Positions 20,352 to 30,118 are shown, counted from the stretch's first letter. The stretch is DNA of 64,000 nt from an uncultured Melioribacter sp. (GCA_964393485.1 CAYMTW010000004.1:1863-65862); one strand, 5' to 3'. The notes: generated by a model from the sequence alone, not told the origin. Translations and numbers: made by a program.

Positions 20352-21430
20352 CGCTTGCGAACATACAGCGCATGGGTGTCTGAACCCACGCGCCTGGCAT
20401 GACGCACCTTCCACTTTTTCAGGGGGCTGTCGGCAAACCACTCCGGGCCGGAGCCGATGATCAGGGGTGCGGTATGCACTTCAATCTCATCAACCGCATC
20501 CTCGCGGAGCATACGTGAAGCAAGGTAGGGTCCGCCCTCAAGCAGTACGGAAGCGATCTTAAGCTGAGCCAGGGCCTGAAGTATATCACTGCTAGCGATG
20601 ATCATTGAATCATCGGTTGGCAGAACCACGAGTTCCACGCCATGGTCCCAAAGTCTGTGACGAGCTTCATCATCAGCTCGCTCAGAGCAGATGACAATGG
20701 TCCTGACGTCTCGCGCTGTTTCAACGAGCGTCGTGCTGGTGGGGACGCGGCAGTGCGGGTCGACCACAATACGGATCGGGTTCCTCCCTGAGCACAGGCG
20801 CACGGTCAGTTCCGGATTATCATACACTGCTGTTCCAACTCCGATCATGACGGCGTCGCGTCCCGAGCGCATGCGGTGCACACGAAGGCGGCTCTCGACA
20901 GACGTCAGGTATCGCGGCTGGTCAGGGGGCATGCGCACACGCCCGTCGATGGACGTTGCGATCTTCAACGTAACGTGCGGACGTCCCATCGTGATCCAGT
21001 GCACAAAAGCCCGGTTGAAGTGCTCGGCTTTATCCCTCAAAACGTCTACTGTCACTTCAATGCCAGCCGCGCGCAATGCTTCTATGCCCTTGCCGGCAAC
21101 GAGTGGGTTCGGATCGTGCATGGCAACCACAACGTGCCGCACACCACTCGAAATGATGGCTTCAATGCAAGGAGGCTGCTTACCGTAGTGCACGCATGGT
21201 TCGAGGTTGACGTACATCGTTGCACCTTCAGCCTTGCCGTTGAGTAACTGCAGAGCGTCGACCTCGGCGTGGACGTCACCGTAGGTATGGTGCCAGCCCT
21301 CGGACAGAACGATGTCGTCGCGCACGATAACACAGCCCACCATCGGATTGGGGCTGACGTGACCCGAGCCGAGGCGCGCCAGATCAAGGGCCCGCTCCAT
21401 ATAGAACTCATGTGATGCAGGTCTGGTCAT
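20348..21430 (-). CDS. ribD: Riboflavin biosynthesis deaminase/reductase
   Basis: PNPMVGCV, HAEVDAL, NLEPCVHYGKQPPC, LLEGGPYL. Confidence 0.95.
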   Translation of the reverse strand: MTRPASHEFYMERALDLARLGSGHVSPNPMVGCVIVRDDIVLSEGWHHTYGDVHAEVDALQLLNGKAEGATMYVNLEPCVHYGKQPPCIEAIISSGVRHVVVAMHDPNPLVAGKGIEALRAAGIEVTVDVLRDKAEHFNRAFVHWITMGRPHVTLKIATSIDGRVRMPPDQPRYLTSVESRLRVHRMRSGRDAVMIGVGTAVYDNPELTVRLCSGRNPIRIVVDPHCRVPTSTTLVETARDVRTIVICSERADDEARHRLWDHGVELVVLPTDDSMIIASSDILQALAQLKIASVLLEGGPYLASRMLREDAVDEIEVHTAPLIIGSGPEWFADSPLKKWKVRHARRVGSDTHALYVRKR

Positions 21431-22245
21431 GGAAGAGGTAGCCGCAGTTCAACAAAGGTTGTGTAGGCAAGGGGCTTTACCGGCAGCACAACTTCCAGGC
21501 GGTAGGTACTAGCCGGTGGGGGAAGGCCGTCATCTGCCAGGCCGTTCCAATCGGTAGTGTAGTCGTGGAAGCCCCCTGCCACGGTTGGCTCAACACTCGA
21601 GATCATCGTCAGAAAAGCCATGCCGGCGTTCGATGCCCATACAATCTGACCTTTCCCGTTGATCAGGCGCAGCCGCAGATGCTCGGAGGACGGGAAATAC
21701 TCCCCTTCGACCACCCGCTGACGCAAAGCCCGAGCGGTGAAGGTTATGGTGCCGTCGGCATTGCGTCGGTAGCTCACGAGAAGCTTGACTGCCGACGTGT
21801 CCGCTGGATCATGGTTGGCTTCGAAATGGCTATCGTCTGATGCAGTCTTCGCCTCGACACGATAGCGCACATTCTTACCATCGATCTGTGCGACGATACC
21901 AAGCGAATCGAACCCCGGCGTTGCTGCTGATGAAAAATCGCCAGTGATCATAGTCGTTACGGTTTCGCTCCTGCCGGGAGCACCCATCGAGGTCATTGAC
22001 ATTGGAATCTCATCGGTCGAGTTTGCTCGGAACACCAAAAGCGTTAACTGCGCGGCTCCCTTCAGTTTTGCTGCGTCGATAGGGTTAACGATGACAGTCG
22101 ACGACTGAGTGCTGGAGTCAAGGCGAACCGTCACGCCGATCGGTTGATCAGATGGCGATCCTTTGAGAGTCCGCACTGTCATCCCGGAAGACCCGGAACA
22201 TCCGGCCAGAGTCAGCAAAAACGCCATGGTGCTGAGCAGATTCAT
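21427..22245 (-). CDS. Lipoprotein with C-terminal BsuPI-like (proteinase-inhibitor/Ig-like) domain
   Basis: Lipobox LAGC; C-terminal pattern F-x-SSE..L...G..VW.S..GMAF......DW resembles BsuPI. The domain call is from motif memory only. Confidence 0.55.
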   Translation of the reverse strand: MNLLSTMAFLLTLAGCSGSSGMTVRTLKGSPSDQPIGVTVRLDSSTQSSTVIVNPIDAAKLKGAAQLTLLVFRANSTDEIPMSMTSMGAPGRSETVTTMITGDFSSAATPGFDSLGIVAQIDGKNVRYRVEAKTASDDSHFEANHDPADTSAVKLLVSYRRNADGTITFTARALRQRVVEGEYFPSSEHLRLRLINGKGQIVWASNAGMAFLTMISSVEPTVAGGFHDYTTDWNGLADDGLPPPASTYRLEVVLPVKPLAYTTFVELRLPLP

Positions 22246-22356
22246 CGTTTCACGTGGGAAGTGCATGTGAGAAGCGGACGAATGAGTGACGAATTGTTGG
22301 AAATCGACTCACGATGCGCAGTTTGATGTTGATACAAACTAGACCCATAGACCGAA

Positions 22357-23154
22357 TCATGCAACACAATGCTCGATGATGTTGCTGAGATGGCGCGATG
22401 CATGGTGTGCCGCCTCAATCACTTCTGCATGAGTTACTGCAGTCCCAGATGAATCCGTTAGCACGTTGGTGACCAGTGATAGAACAACGGCGTCCATGCC
22501 AAGTTGTCGAGCTCTGTGTGCCTCGATTGTCGTTGACATGCCTACAATGTCTGCCCCCATGCGCTGGAGCATCCGCGCTTCGGCACGAGTTTCGTAACTC
22601 GGACCGAGAACCTGTATGTAGGTTGCCGGTGTAAGCACAATGCCGTGCTGAAGGCAGCGTTCGGTGCACTGGTGCAGCCAATCAGAGCGCTCTCCGATAA
22701 CACCGGGTGCTCTCCTTGCAGTTCCAGCTGGAAGGAACATCTCGAGTAGGTCTATCGGTGTGACGATCTGACCAACGCGCAGTTTCGAATTCAGGGCCCC
22801 GACGGCGTTCATGATGACGGCCCGGCCGATCCCGAGGCGGTGTGCGACATCGATCAGCATATGCGAGGTCTCGCGACTGTGCCCCTCGTAGAGATGAAAC
22901 CGTCCGCTGCATAGAAGGTTCAGTGAGGATCCTATCCTCACCGTCCGGAACTCAAGGGCATGACCCTCAACGCCGCCGATTGGCATGCCAGGTACCTCTC
23001 TGTAGGGCAGCACATGCTCGACGGTGCCGCGCCGCGGTTCGTAGGTAAAACCCGACCCTGTGATGATCACGGTCTCGAACCGTTCCGTCCAGTGTTTCCG
23101 GAGAAACTCCGCCGCCAAAGCTGACGGGCTGTTGATGCGCTGACCTGCCTGCAT
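22357..23154 (-). CDS. Purine nucleoside phosphorylase (trimeric PNP family), divergent, Asn-type
   Basis: TGSG, GRFHLYEG, GPSYETRAE, VGMSTTIE, SLVTN. Start refined to 23154. Confidence 0.85.
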   Translation of the reverse strand: MQAGQRINSPSALAAEFLRKHWTERFETVIITGSGFTYEPRRGTVEHVLPYREVPGMPIGGVEGHALEFRTVRIGSSLNLLCSGRFHLYEGHSRETSHMLIDVAHRLGIGRAVIMNAVGALNSKLRVGQIVTPIDLLEMFLPAGTARRAPGVIGERSDWLHQCTERCLQHGIVLTPATYIQVLGPSYETRAEARMLQRMGADIVGMSTTIEAHRARQLGMDAVVLSLVTNVLTDSSGTAVTHAEVIEAAHHASRHLSNIIEHCVA

Positions 23155-23205
23155 GATGTGGCGCAAGTTACGCCGTGTGGGGTCATCGGCGTGTCGGCCA
23201 TGCCG

Positions 23206-23213
23206 TATCTTTG
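23206..23213 (+). promoter_or_regulatory. Bacteroidota-type -7 element upstream of yicC-gmk
   Basis: TATCTTTG matches TAnnTTTG, 32 nt before the yicC start. Confidence 0.5.
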
Positions 23214-23245
23214 CCGTCCCACAGAGTAACACCTCAGGACAGATA

Positions 23246-24121
23246 ATGATTCGAAGCATGACCGGATTCGGCAAGGCCGATGTGTCGATCCTCAACGTGC
23301 CAAGCACGATCGAGGTCCGGTGCGTCAACGGACGCTACCTCGAGGTGTCCACCAAGATCCCTCGTGAATGGTCCGATAAGGAAGGCCTCGTGCGTGAACA
23401 CGTTCGCGGACTGGTCACGCGAGGTTCGATCACGGTTTCGATCCGCCGCGACGAGAAGTCAGCCACCGTTGAGGCAAGGCCCAACCTGGACGCAGCGGCA
23501 TCGTATCTATCGGCTCTTCGGCAGATCCAAGAGCAGCTCAATGTGCCTGGTACCGTTTCGATAGAACATCTTGTGTCGCTGCCGAATATCTTTTCGCCCC
23601 CTGAAGAGTCAGCCGATGACGATTCCCTGTGGAAGGATCTTCAGAACGGGCTCACACGGGCATTGGAAGCACTCAACAGTATGCGTGACCGTGAGGGAGC
23701 TGAGCTGGCTCGGGACCTGCGCGAGCGCCTGCTGTTCATTGAGAAGGGGCTTGCAGCTATTGAAGCCAGTGCATCGGAGCGCGTTGCCATCGAGCGTACG
23801 CGGCTGCGCGAGCGGGTGGCACAGATCCTTGGAGAAGCCGCCATCGACGAGCAGCGCCTGGCGCTGGAAATTGTCCTGTTGTCAGAGAAACTGGACGTTA
23901 CCGAGGAATGTGTCCGACTTCGCAGCCACATTAAGCACATGCGCCAGTACATGGACTCGAGTGAGCACGCCGGACGGAAGCTCAACTTCATGCTGCAGGA
24001 AATGAACCGCGAAGTCAACACCATCGGATCGAAGTGTAATCATGCCGATGTGGCCGCCACGGTTGTCGGTATGAAGGAGGAACTCGAACGTATGCGTGAA
24101 CAGGTGCAGAATGTCGAGTAG
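23246..24121 (+). CDS. yicC: YicC/YloC-family endoribonuclease
   Basis: MIRSMTGFG, EVRCVNGRYLE, EECVRLRSH, GRKLNFMLQEMNREVNTIGSK; usual synteny with gmk. Confidence 0.93.
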   Translation: MIRSMTGFGKADVSILNVPSTIEVRCVNGRYLEVSTKIPREWSDKEGLVREHVRGLVTRGSITVSIRRDEKSATVEARPNLDAAASYLSALRQIQEQLNVPGTVSIEHLVSLPNIFSPPEESADDDSLWKDLQNGLTRALEALNSMRDREGAELARDLRERLLFIEKGLAAIEASASERVAIERTRLRERVAQILGEAAIDEQRLALEIVLLSEKLDVTEECVRLRSHIKHMRQYMDSSEHAGRKLNFMLQEMNREVNTIGSKCNHADVAATVVGMKEELERMREQVQNVE

Positions 24122-24713
24122 AAAGCATCTGATCGTCCTTAGCGCCCCTTCTGGTGCCGGCAAGACAACTGTTGCGCGTCACCTGTTGGCAACATTTCCG
24201 CAGATGCGATTCAGCGTGAGTGCTACGACGCGCCAGCAGCGTCCGGGGGAGCAGCATGGCGTTGATTACTTTTTTCTAACGCGTGACGAATTCCGTCGTT
24301 CGATCGAAGAGAACGACCTGATCGAGTACGAGGAGATCTTCGGCAACTATTACGGCTCGCTGCGCAGCGTTGTCAGCCAGGCCGTCAACCGCGGTGAGTT
24401 CCTCGTCTTTGATGTCGATGTTAAGGGAGCTCTGTCACTTCGGCAGGCCTTCCCCGATGATACACTGTTGATCTTCGTTGCTCCACCCTCGTTGCAGGCG
24501 CTTGAGCAGCGTCTGACGGCGCGCCACACCGAGACCGCTGAGCAGATCGCGACACGTCTTTCAAGGGCAGAAATGGAGATGGCGCATCAGGACATGTTCG
24601 ATGTGATCCTTGTCAACAGTGACCTCGAGCAGACGCTCGAGCGCGCAGAGGCGCTCGTGCGCTCCCACGTGGAAGGTTCTCCACACCAACCGTCGCTCTT
24701 CACCGAGCGCTAG
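24111..24713 (+). CDS. gmk: Guanylate kinase
   Basis: SAPSGAGKTT, SVSATTRQQRPGEQHGVDYFF, GNYYGS, DVDVKGA. Confidence 0.96.
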   Translation: MSSRKHLIVLSAPSGAGKTTVARHLLATFPQMRFSVSATTRQQRPGEQHGVDYFFLTRDEFRRSIEENDLIEYEEIFGNYYGSLRSVVSQAVNRGEFLVFDVDVKGALSLRQAFPDDTLLIFVAPPSLQALEQRLTARHTETAEQIATRLSRAEMEMAHQDMFDVILVNSDLEQTLERAEALVRSHVEGSPHQPSLFTER

Positions 24714-24721
24714 CCACATCG

Positions 24722-24729
24722 TAACTTTG
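24722..24729 (+). promoter_or_regulatory. -7 promoter element 6 nt before the fused E1 start codon
   Basis: TAACTTTG matches TAnnTTTG. Confidence 0.5.
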
Positions 24730-24735
24730 CCGTCT

Positions 24736-27174
24736 ATGAAGAAGTCGAAAAAGGCCACAGGGGGCATTTTGCCGGCGGGACTCTCCCCGCAGGATGTGTT
24801 GCAGGATTATCGCATTGCCGTGGTGAGCCGCCAGGCCTCGCTACTGGGTCGCAAGGAAGTACTCACCGGCAAGGCCAAGTTCGGGATCTTCGGCGACGGC
24901 AAGGAAGTGGCCCAGCTGGCCATGGCCCGAGCGGCGCGTCCCGGTGACTGGCGCAGCGGCTACTACCGCGACCAGACATTTATGTTCGCCACCGGACAGA
25001 GCGATGTGCAGAAGTTCTTCGCGCAGCTCTATGCTCACACGGACACATCAGCCGAGCCTGCAAGTGCCGGACGCTCGATGAACGGCCACTTTGCCACGCG
25101 GTTTCTCAATGAAGACGGAAGCTGGCGTTCACAGACGCAGTCGGTGAATGTCTCGGCGGATGTCTCACCAACGGGCTCACAAATGCCGCGTCTTGTGGGT
25201 CTTGCCTATGCCTCTCGTCTCTACCGCGAAGTCGAGGTGCTCAAGGAGCTAACCGACTTCAGCGTTGACGGAAACGAAGTGGCCTTCGGGACGATCGGCA
25301 ATGCCTCGAGTGCTGAGGGGATGTTCTGGGAAAGCGTCAACGCCATCGGCGTTCTCAAGGCCCCGGCAGTGATCTCCATCTGGGACGATGGCTACGGCAT
25401 CAGCGTCCCGAACGAGTTTCAGGTCACAAAGTCCAATGTCGGCGAGCTCCTAGGGGGCTTTGCACGACGTGAGGGCACACGCGACGGCTATGACATTCAG
25501 GTAGTGCGCGCCTGGGATTACCCGGAACTCGTCAGTGCCTACCGCCGCGCGGCCGAAATCGCACGTGTGGAGCATGTGCCGCAGATCATTCACGTTATCG
25601 ATGTTACACAGCCGCAGGGTCACTCGACAAGCGGCTCGCACGAGCGATATAAGTCTGCCGAACGTCTGGCCTGGGAGGCCGAGATGGACGGCATCGGCCG
25701 CATGCGCCAGTGGATCATTGATCAAGGCCTTGCCACTGAATCCGAACTGGATGCGATCGACCATGAATCGGTCACGCACGTCCAGCAGGCAAAGCAGGCC
25801 GCCTGGGATGCCTACATCGCCCCGATCAGGAGCGACATCGCCACGTGTATCGGACTTCTGCACAATTGTGCCGACGAACTGAAAGCTCGCGGTCACGCGG
25901 AGGCGGGGTCAACTATCAGTGCGCTGTCGGACGAGCTGGAACGCATCCGCGAGCCATTCCGTCGTGACATCATGACCACGACGCACCGGGCGCTGGTTGT
26001 AGCTCGGGCAGCGAGCACGGCGGCCACCTCAAGACTTGCGGAGTGGCGACGCGAATACGACAACAGTATTCGTCCACTCTACGCTTCGCACCTGACGAGC
26101 GAAAGCAGTGAAAGCCCCCTGACCCTGGCACATACGCCAGCACAGTTCGACCCTTCGGCAGCTGCCGTCAATGGCTCGGAGGTCATCCGCACTTGGTTTG
26201 ATCATGCTCTTGGCTCGGATCCTCGTGTGGTGATCTTCGGTGAAGATGCCGGCAAGCTTGGTGACGTCAATCAGGGCACGAGCGGATTGCAATCGATCTA
26301 TGGGGATCTGCGTGTAAGCGATACGGGTATCCGTGAGTGCACAATTCTTGGTCAGGCCATCGGACTGTCCATGCGAGGATTGCGTCCGATCGCCGAGATC
26401 CAATACCTTGACTACCTGCTGTATGCATTGCAGCTGATGAGCGACGACCTGGCAACGGTTCAGTGGCGCACGCGCGGCGGGCAGAAGGCTCCAGTGATCG
26501 TTCGTACACGTGGACACCGCCTAGAAGGCATCTGGCACTCGGGTTCGCCAATGGCTGGAATCATCAACCTCGTGCGTGGTGTTCATGTCTGCGTGCCCCG
26601 GAACTTCGTGCAGGCCGCCGGCATGTACCAGACGCTACTACGGGGCGACGATCCGGGGCTGGTTGTGGAAGTGCTCAACGGATATCGTCTGAAAGAAAAC
26701 ATCCCGATGAACATGGGATCCTACAGTGTACCCCTTGGCGTTCCGGAGGTTGTCCGCTCTGGGTCTGATGTAACCCTCGTCACCTATGGCGCAACAGTGC
26801 GCGTGGCGCTTGACGCGGCCGTCGTACTCGAACAGCTCGGTGTTTCGGTCGAAGTGATCGATGTGCAGACACTCTTGCCCTTTGATTTGCAAGGGGTTAT
26901 CGTTGATTCGCTAAAGCGGACGAATCGTCTGCTCGTCGTTGACGAGGACGTCCCGGGCGGCACAACGGCATACATCCTTCGCGAGGTTCTTGAGACCCAA
27001 GGGGGCTTCCGCTGGCTTGACTCGGCACCGATGACCCTGGCGGCGCGTCCGCATCGTCCGGCCTACGGTACCGATGGGAACTACTGGTCCAAACCGGAGG
27101 CTGAGCATATCGTCGATGCCGCGTATGCGATGATGCACGAGGTCGATCCGGTCCGCTACGCAACGTTCTCCTGA
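24736..27174 (+). CDS. Fused alpha/beta E1 of a 2-oxoacid (probably branched-chain) dehydrogenase
   Basis: FGIFGDGKE, WRSGYYRDQT, ThDP region GNASSAEG...WDD, beta part (FGEDAGKLGDV, DTGIRE, EIQYLDY, VIDVQTLLPFD). Confidence 0.88.
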   Translation: MKKSKKATGGILPAGLSPQDVLQDYRIAVVSRQASLLGRKEVLTGKAKFGIFGDGKEVAQLAMARAARPGDWRSGYYRDQTFMFATGQSDVQKFFAQLYAHTDTSAEPASAGRSMNGHFATRFLNEDGSWRSQTQSVNVSADVSPTGSQMPRLVGLAYASRLYREVEVLKELTDFSVDGNEVAFGTIGNASSAEGMFWESVNAIGVLKAPAVISIWDDGYGISVPNEFQVTKSNVGELLGGFARREGTRDGYDIQVVRAWDYPELVSAYRRAAEIARVEHVPQIIHVIDVTQPQGHSTSGSHERYKSAERLAWEAEMDGIGRMRQWIIDQGLATESELDAIDHESVTHVQQAKQAAWDAYIAPIRSDIATCIGLLHNCADELKARGHAEAGSTISALSDELERIREPFRRDIMTTTHRALVVARAASTAATSRLAEWRREYDNSIRPLYASHLTSESSESPLTLAHTPAQFDPSAAAVNGSEVIRTWFDHALGSDPRVVIFGEDAGKLGDVNQGTSGLQSIYGDLRVSDTGIRECTILGQAIGLSMRGLRPIAEIQYLDYLLYALQLMSDDLATVQWRTRGGQKAPVIVRTRGHRLEGIWHSGSPMAGIINLVRGVHVCVPRNFVQAAGMYQTLLRGDDPGLVVEVLNGYRLKENIPMNMGSYSVPLGVPEVVRSGSDVTLVTYGATVRVALDAAVVLEQLGVSVEVIDVQTLLPFDLQGVIVDSLKRTNRLLVVDEDVPGGTTAYILREVLETQGGFRWLDSAPMTLAARPHRPAYGTDGNYWSKPEAEHIVDAAYAMMHEVDPVRYATFS

Positions 27175-27232
27175 ACTTCCCCGAACGAGCCCGCAAAGCT
27201 CGTATCACCACCCCAGAAAAGGTCACCACAAC

Positions 27233-27640
27233 ATGAACATTCGCAATCTGACGATCCTCGCACTCGTGGCATTCCTGAGCGTGAGCATGCACGCCCAGGA
27301 CAAGGCAAAGCTTATGGCCCGCGGTCAACAGGTCTATACCGAGTACTGCAAGACATGCCACCAGGCCAACGGACAGGGGCTTGGAACGGTGTATCCGCCT
27401 CTAGCGAAGAGCGACTATCTCAAGAGCACACCGATGCCTCAGATCATCAAGGAAGTTGTCAATGGTAAGAGTGGCAAGCTCAAGGTCAATGGCAAGGAAT
27501 ACAACGGTGTGATGGCGCCACTGCCGAAGAAGTACACGGATGAAGACATTGCCTCGGTCATCACCTATGTCTATAACAGCTTCGGCAACTCGGGTCCGAC
27601 GGTTTCCGTGGCCGACGTCAAGAAGCACAAAAAGAAATAA
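27233..27640 (+). CDS. Monoheme class I cytochrome c
   Basis: Signal peptide, CKTCH heme motif, GQG..YPPLAKSD, distal Met in YNGVM. Confidence 0.92.
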   Translation: MNIRNLTILALVAFLSVSMHAQDKAKLMARGQQVYTEYCKTCHQANGQGLGTVYPPLAKSDYLKSTPMPQIIKEVVNGKSGKLKVNGKEYNGVMAPLPKKYTDEDIASVITYVYNSFGNSGPTVSVADVKKHKKK

Positions 27641-27670
27641 AATCGTGCCCCAGCACGATACGCTCTGCAC

Positions 27671-27712
27671 GCCCCCTGATAGCTCACGCTGCAGGGGGCT
27701 TGCGTATTTTTG
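27671..27712 (+). promoter_or_regulatory. GC hairpin after cytochrome c followed by a -7 element for the split E1 genes
   Basis: GCCCCCTG (27671-78) pairs with CAGGGGGC (27692-99); TATTTTTG at 27705-27712. Confidence 0.4.
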
Positions 27713-27751
27713 CGGTTTGTCCCACGATCTGACAGCATGATCTGCTGACCC

Positions 27752-28753
27752 ATGGCTCGTAAAAGAGGTTCGACATTTTCACCGGAATTGCGCAAAGACA
27801 TGCTCCGGTACATGCTAATGGCGCGCGAGTTCGACACCGCCATGCTGCGACTTTACCGTCAGGGCAAAGCCTTTGGCGGAGTCTATTCCCAGCTCGGCAA
27901 TGAAGCTGTCAGTGTTGGCAGTGCTCTTGCACTTGACCGCACACGTGACGTGCTGTTTCCGATGCACCGTAACATCGGCGGACACTTTGTCTTCGGTCAG
28001 ACGCTCGATCAGCTCATGCTGAATCATCTGGCGCGCAAGGGAAGTCAGATGCGCGGAACAGACGGCACGGGACACTATGCCGACCCGGCCCTGCGCATCT
28101 ACGGAAATGTTTCGCACCTGGGGGCGATGATCCCTGTGGCGGCTGGGTTCTCGCTGGCCGACAAGCTCCGCGGCGTGACGACCGTATCTATGACCTACAT
28201 CGGTGATGGCGGCGCGCAGGTAGGGGAAGTGCACGAGGCACTCAACTTTGCGTCGGTGCACAAAATTCCGCTGATCCTGATCATCGAAAACAATCAGTAC
28301 GCCTACTCGACCCCGAACTCCATGGAGTTTGCCTGTGAGCGCCTGAGCGACCGGGCCGTGGGATATGGAATGGCCGGCAGTACGATCGACGGCACGGACG
28401 TCGAGCTGGTCTATCAGACTTGTTGCGATGCTGTCGATCGCGCCCGCAAGGGTCTGGGTCCAACCCTGATCGAGACCGTGACGATGCGCATGCGCGGTCA
28501 TGCCGAACACGACGACTTCTCCTACGTTCCAAAGCAGATGCTCGAAGAATGGTCTGCTAAGGATCCCGTCGAGCGCTACATCGATCGTCTCGTTGCCGAC
28601 GGCGTTGTCACGCGAGATGAAACCGAACAGCTCCGATCAGCCATCCTGGCTGATATGATCTCCGCCATTGATCGGGCTCTGGAGCAACCGTGGCCCGATG
28701 CCGAAGAGGGTCTGAAAAATGTCTTCATGACGTCGAACACGGAGGGCCACTGA
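27752..28753 (+). CDS. ThDP-dependent 2-oxoacid dehydrogenase E1 alpha subunit
   Basis: SQLGNEA, canonical GDG-x26-NN motif, TMRMRGHAEHDD loop. Confidence 0.9.
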   Translation: MARKRGSTFSPELRKDMLRYMLMAREFDTAMLRLYRQGKAFGGVYSQLGNEAVSVGSALALDRTRDVLFPMHRNIGGHFVFGQTLDQLMLNHLARKGSQMRGTDGTGHYADPALRIYGNVSHLGAMIPVAAGFSLADKLRGVTTVSMTYIGDGGAQVGEVHEALNFASVHKIPLILIIENNQYAYSTPNSMEFACERLSDRAVGYGMAGSTIDGTDVELVYQTCCDAVDRARKGLGPTLIETVTMRMRGHAEHDDFSYVPKQMLEEWSAKDPVERYIDRLVADGVVTRDETEQLRSAILADMISAIDRALEQPWPDAEEGLKNVFMTSNTEGH

Positions 28754-28754
28754 A

Positions 28755-29726
28755 ATGCAGATGACCTACCTCGAAGCCATCGCCGACGCCATGCGCGTTG
28801 AAATGCGTCGCGATGAGCGCGTATTTCTTATCGGCGAAGACATCGGTGCCTATGGCGGAGCCTTCAAGCTCACCAAGGGCTTTCTCGATGAGTTCGGTCA
28901 CTCACGCGTGATCGATGCTCCGATCAGTGAAGCCGCGATCATCGGTGCCGCCATCGGTGCATCGCTCAACGGCATGCGTCCGGTTGCCGAAATGCAATTC
29001 ATGGATTTCGTTACCAACGGGTTCAATCAGATCGTGACCGTTGCCGGCACGACTGCTTATCGCTGGGGTATCCCCGTGCCGATGGTCGTGCGCGGACCTT
29101 CTGGCGGAGGTGTTGGAGCCAACCCGTTTCACAGTCGTAACTCCGAAGCCTGGTTTGCTCACGCCACAGGCATCAAGGTGGTGTGTCCGGCCTTCCCGGA
29201 CGATGCCAAGGGGCTGATGATGGCCTCCATGCGTGATGATGATCCGGTGGTCTTCTTTGAGCACAAGGGTCTCTATCGCAAGATCAAGGGTGAAGTGCCG
29301 GAAGGCGAGTATGTTGTGCCGCTTGGTAAAGCGCGAGTGGTGCGATCAGGTGCTGACGTTTCAGTGATCTGTTATGGTTCTGCCGTGCACATGGCTCTTG
29401 CTGCCGCAGAGGCTGTCGCATCGGAAGGTATCGACGTCGAAGTAGTTGACATCCGTACACTCGTGCCGTTTGATGAAGAGACTGTGTTGGAATCGGTGCG
29501 CAAAACCGGACGTGCAATTGTGGCTCATGAGGCTGTCCTGACTGCTGGTTTTGGCGGTGAGATCGCCGCCCGCATAGCTGACAAGGCGTTCCGCTATCTC
29601 GATGCGCCAGTCAAACGCGTTGCGGCATTTGATGCCCCGACACCGTTTGCTCCAACGCTCGAACAGGCTGTACTGCCAAATTCTGGGATCATTGCCGACA
29701 CGATTCGACAGATTCGTTCGTTCTAA
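28755..29726 (+). CDS. 2-oxoacid dehydrogenase E1 beta subunit
   Basis: IGEDIGAYGGAF, DAPISE, RPVAEMQFMDF, FFEHKGLY, VDIRTLVPFD. Confidence 0.93.
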   Translation: MQMTYLEAIADAMRVEMRRDERVFLIGEDIGAYGGAFKLTKGFLDEFGHSRVIDAPISEAAIIGAAIGASLNGMRPVAEMQFMDFVTNGFNQIVTVAGTTAYRWGIPVPMVVRGPSGGGVGANPFHSRNSEAWFAHATGIKVVCPAFPDDAKGLMMASMRDDDPVVFFEHKGLYRKIKGEVPEGEYVVPLGKARVVRSGADVSVICYGSAVHMALAAAEAVASEGIDVEVVDIRTLVPFDEETVLESVRKTGRAIVAHEAVLTAGFGGEIAARIADKAFRYLDAPVKRVAAFDAPTPFAPTLEQAVLPNSGIIADTIRQIRSF

Positions 29727-29804
29727 CGTGTCGGTGTTGAAAAGTTCGGAAAATGCCGTCGAACAACCGTCCGTATTTTGCCCCAAAATTTACAGGGTCT
29801 TTTC

Positions 29805-30098
29805 ATGTCCAAGGTTCTCTTCAGTGTCTCGTATTCAATTCCTGATGGCAAACGTCCGGAGTATCTGGCCGCTATCTCAGCCGTGAAGGAATTCTATTCG
29901 GGTTCTGATGTATCGTTTTCATTGTTTGAAACGAAGGGCAAGCACAATCACTTCCAGGAAGTGTATGTGTATCCAAGCCCGGAATCTTACGAGGCATCAG
30001 ACGATCCAGCAGCCACGGCTGCTATTTCTTCCTCGATCGAAAAGATCTACGCTCTGGCAACCGGTGTCGTGTACGACGTTGCCAATGAGGTAGCCTAG
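29805..30098 (+). CDS. Small hypothetical protein, possible dimeric alpha/beta-barrel (ABM/NIPSNAP-like) fold
   Basis: 97 aa; alternating beta-alpha-beta-beta-alpha-beta pattern. The fold is an inference. Confidence 0.55.
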   Translation: MSKVLFSVSYSIPDGKRPEYLAAISAVKEFYSGSDVSFSLFETKGKHNHFQEVYVYPSPESYEASDDPAATAAISSSIEKIYALATGVVYDVANEVA

Positions 30099-30118
30099 AT
30101 CCAAGTCGTTCTGCGTTA

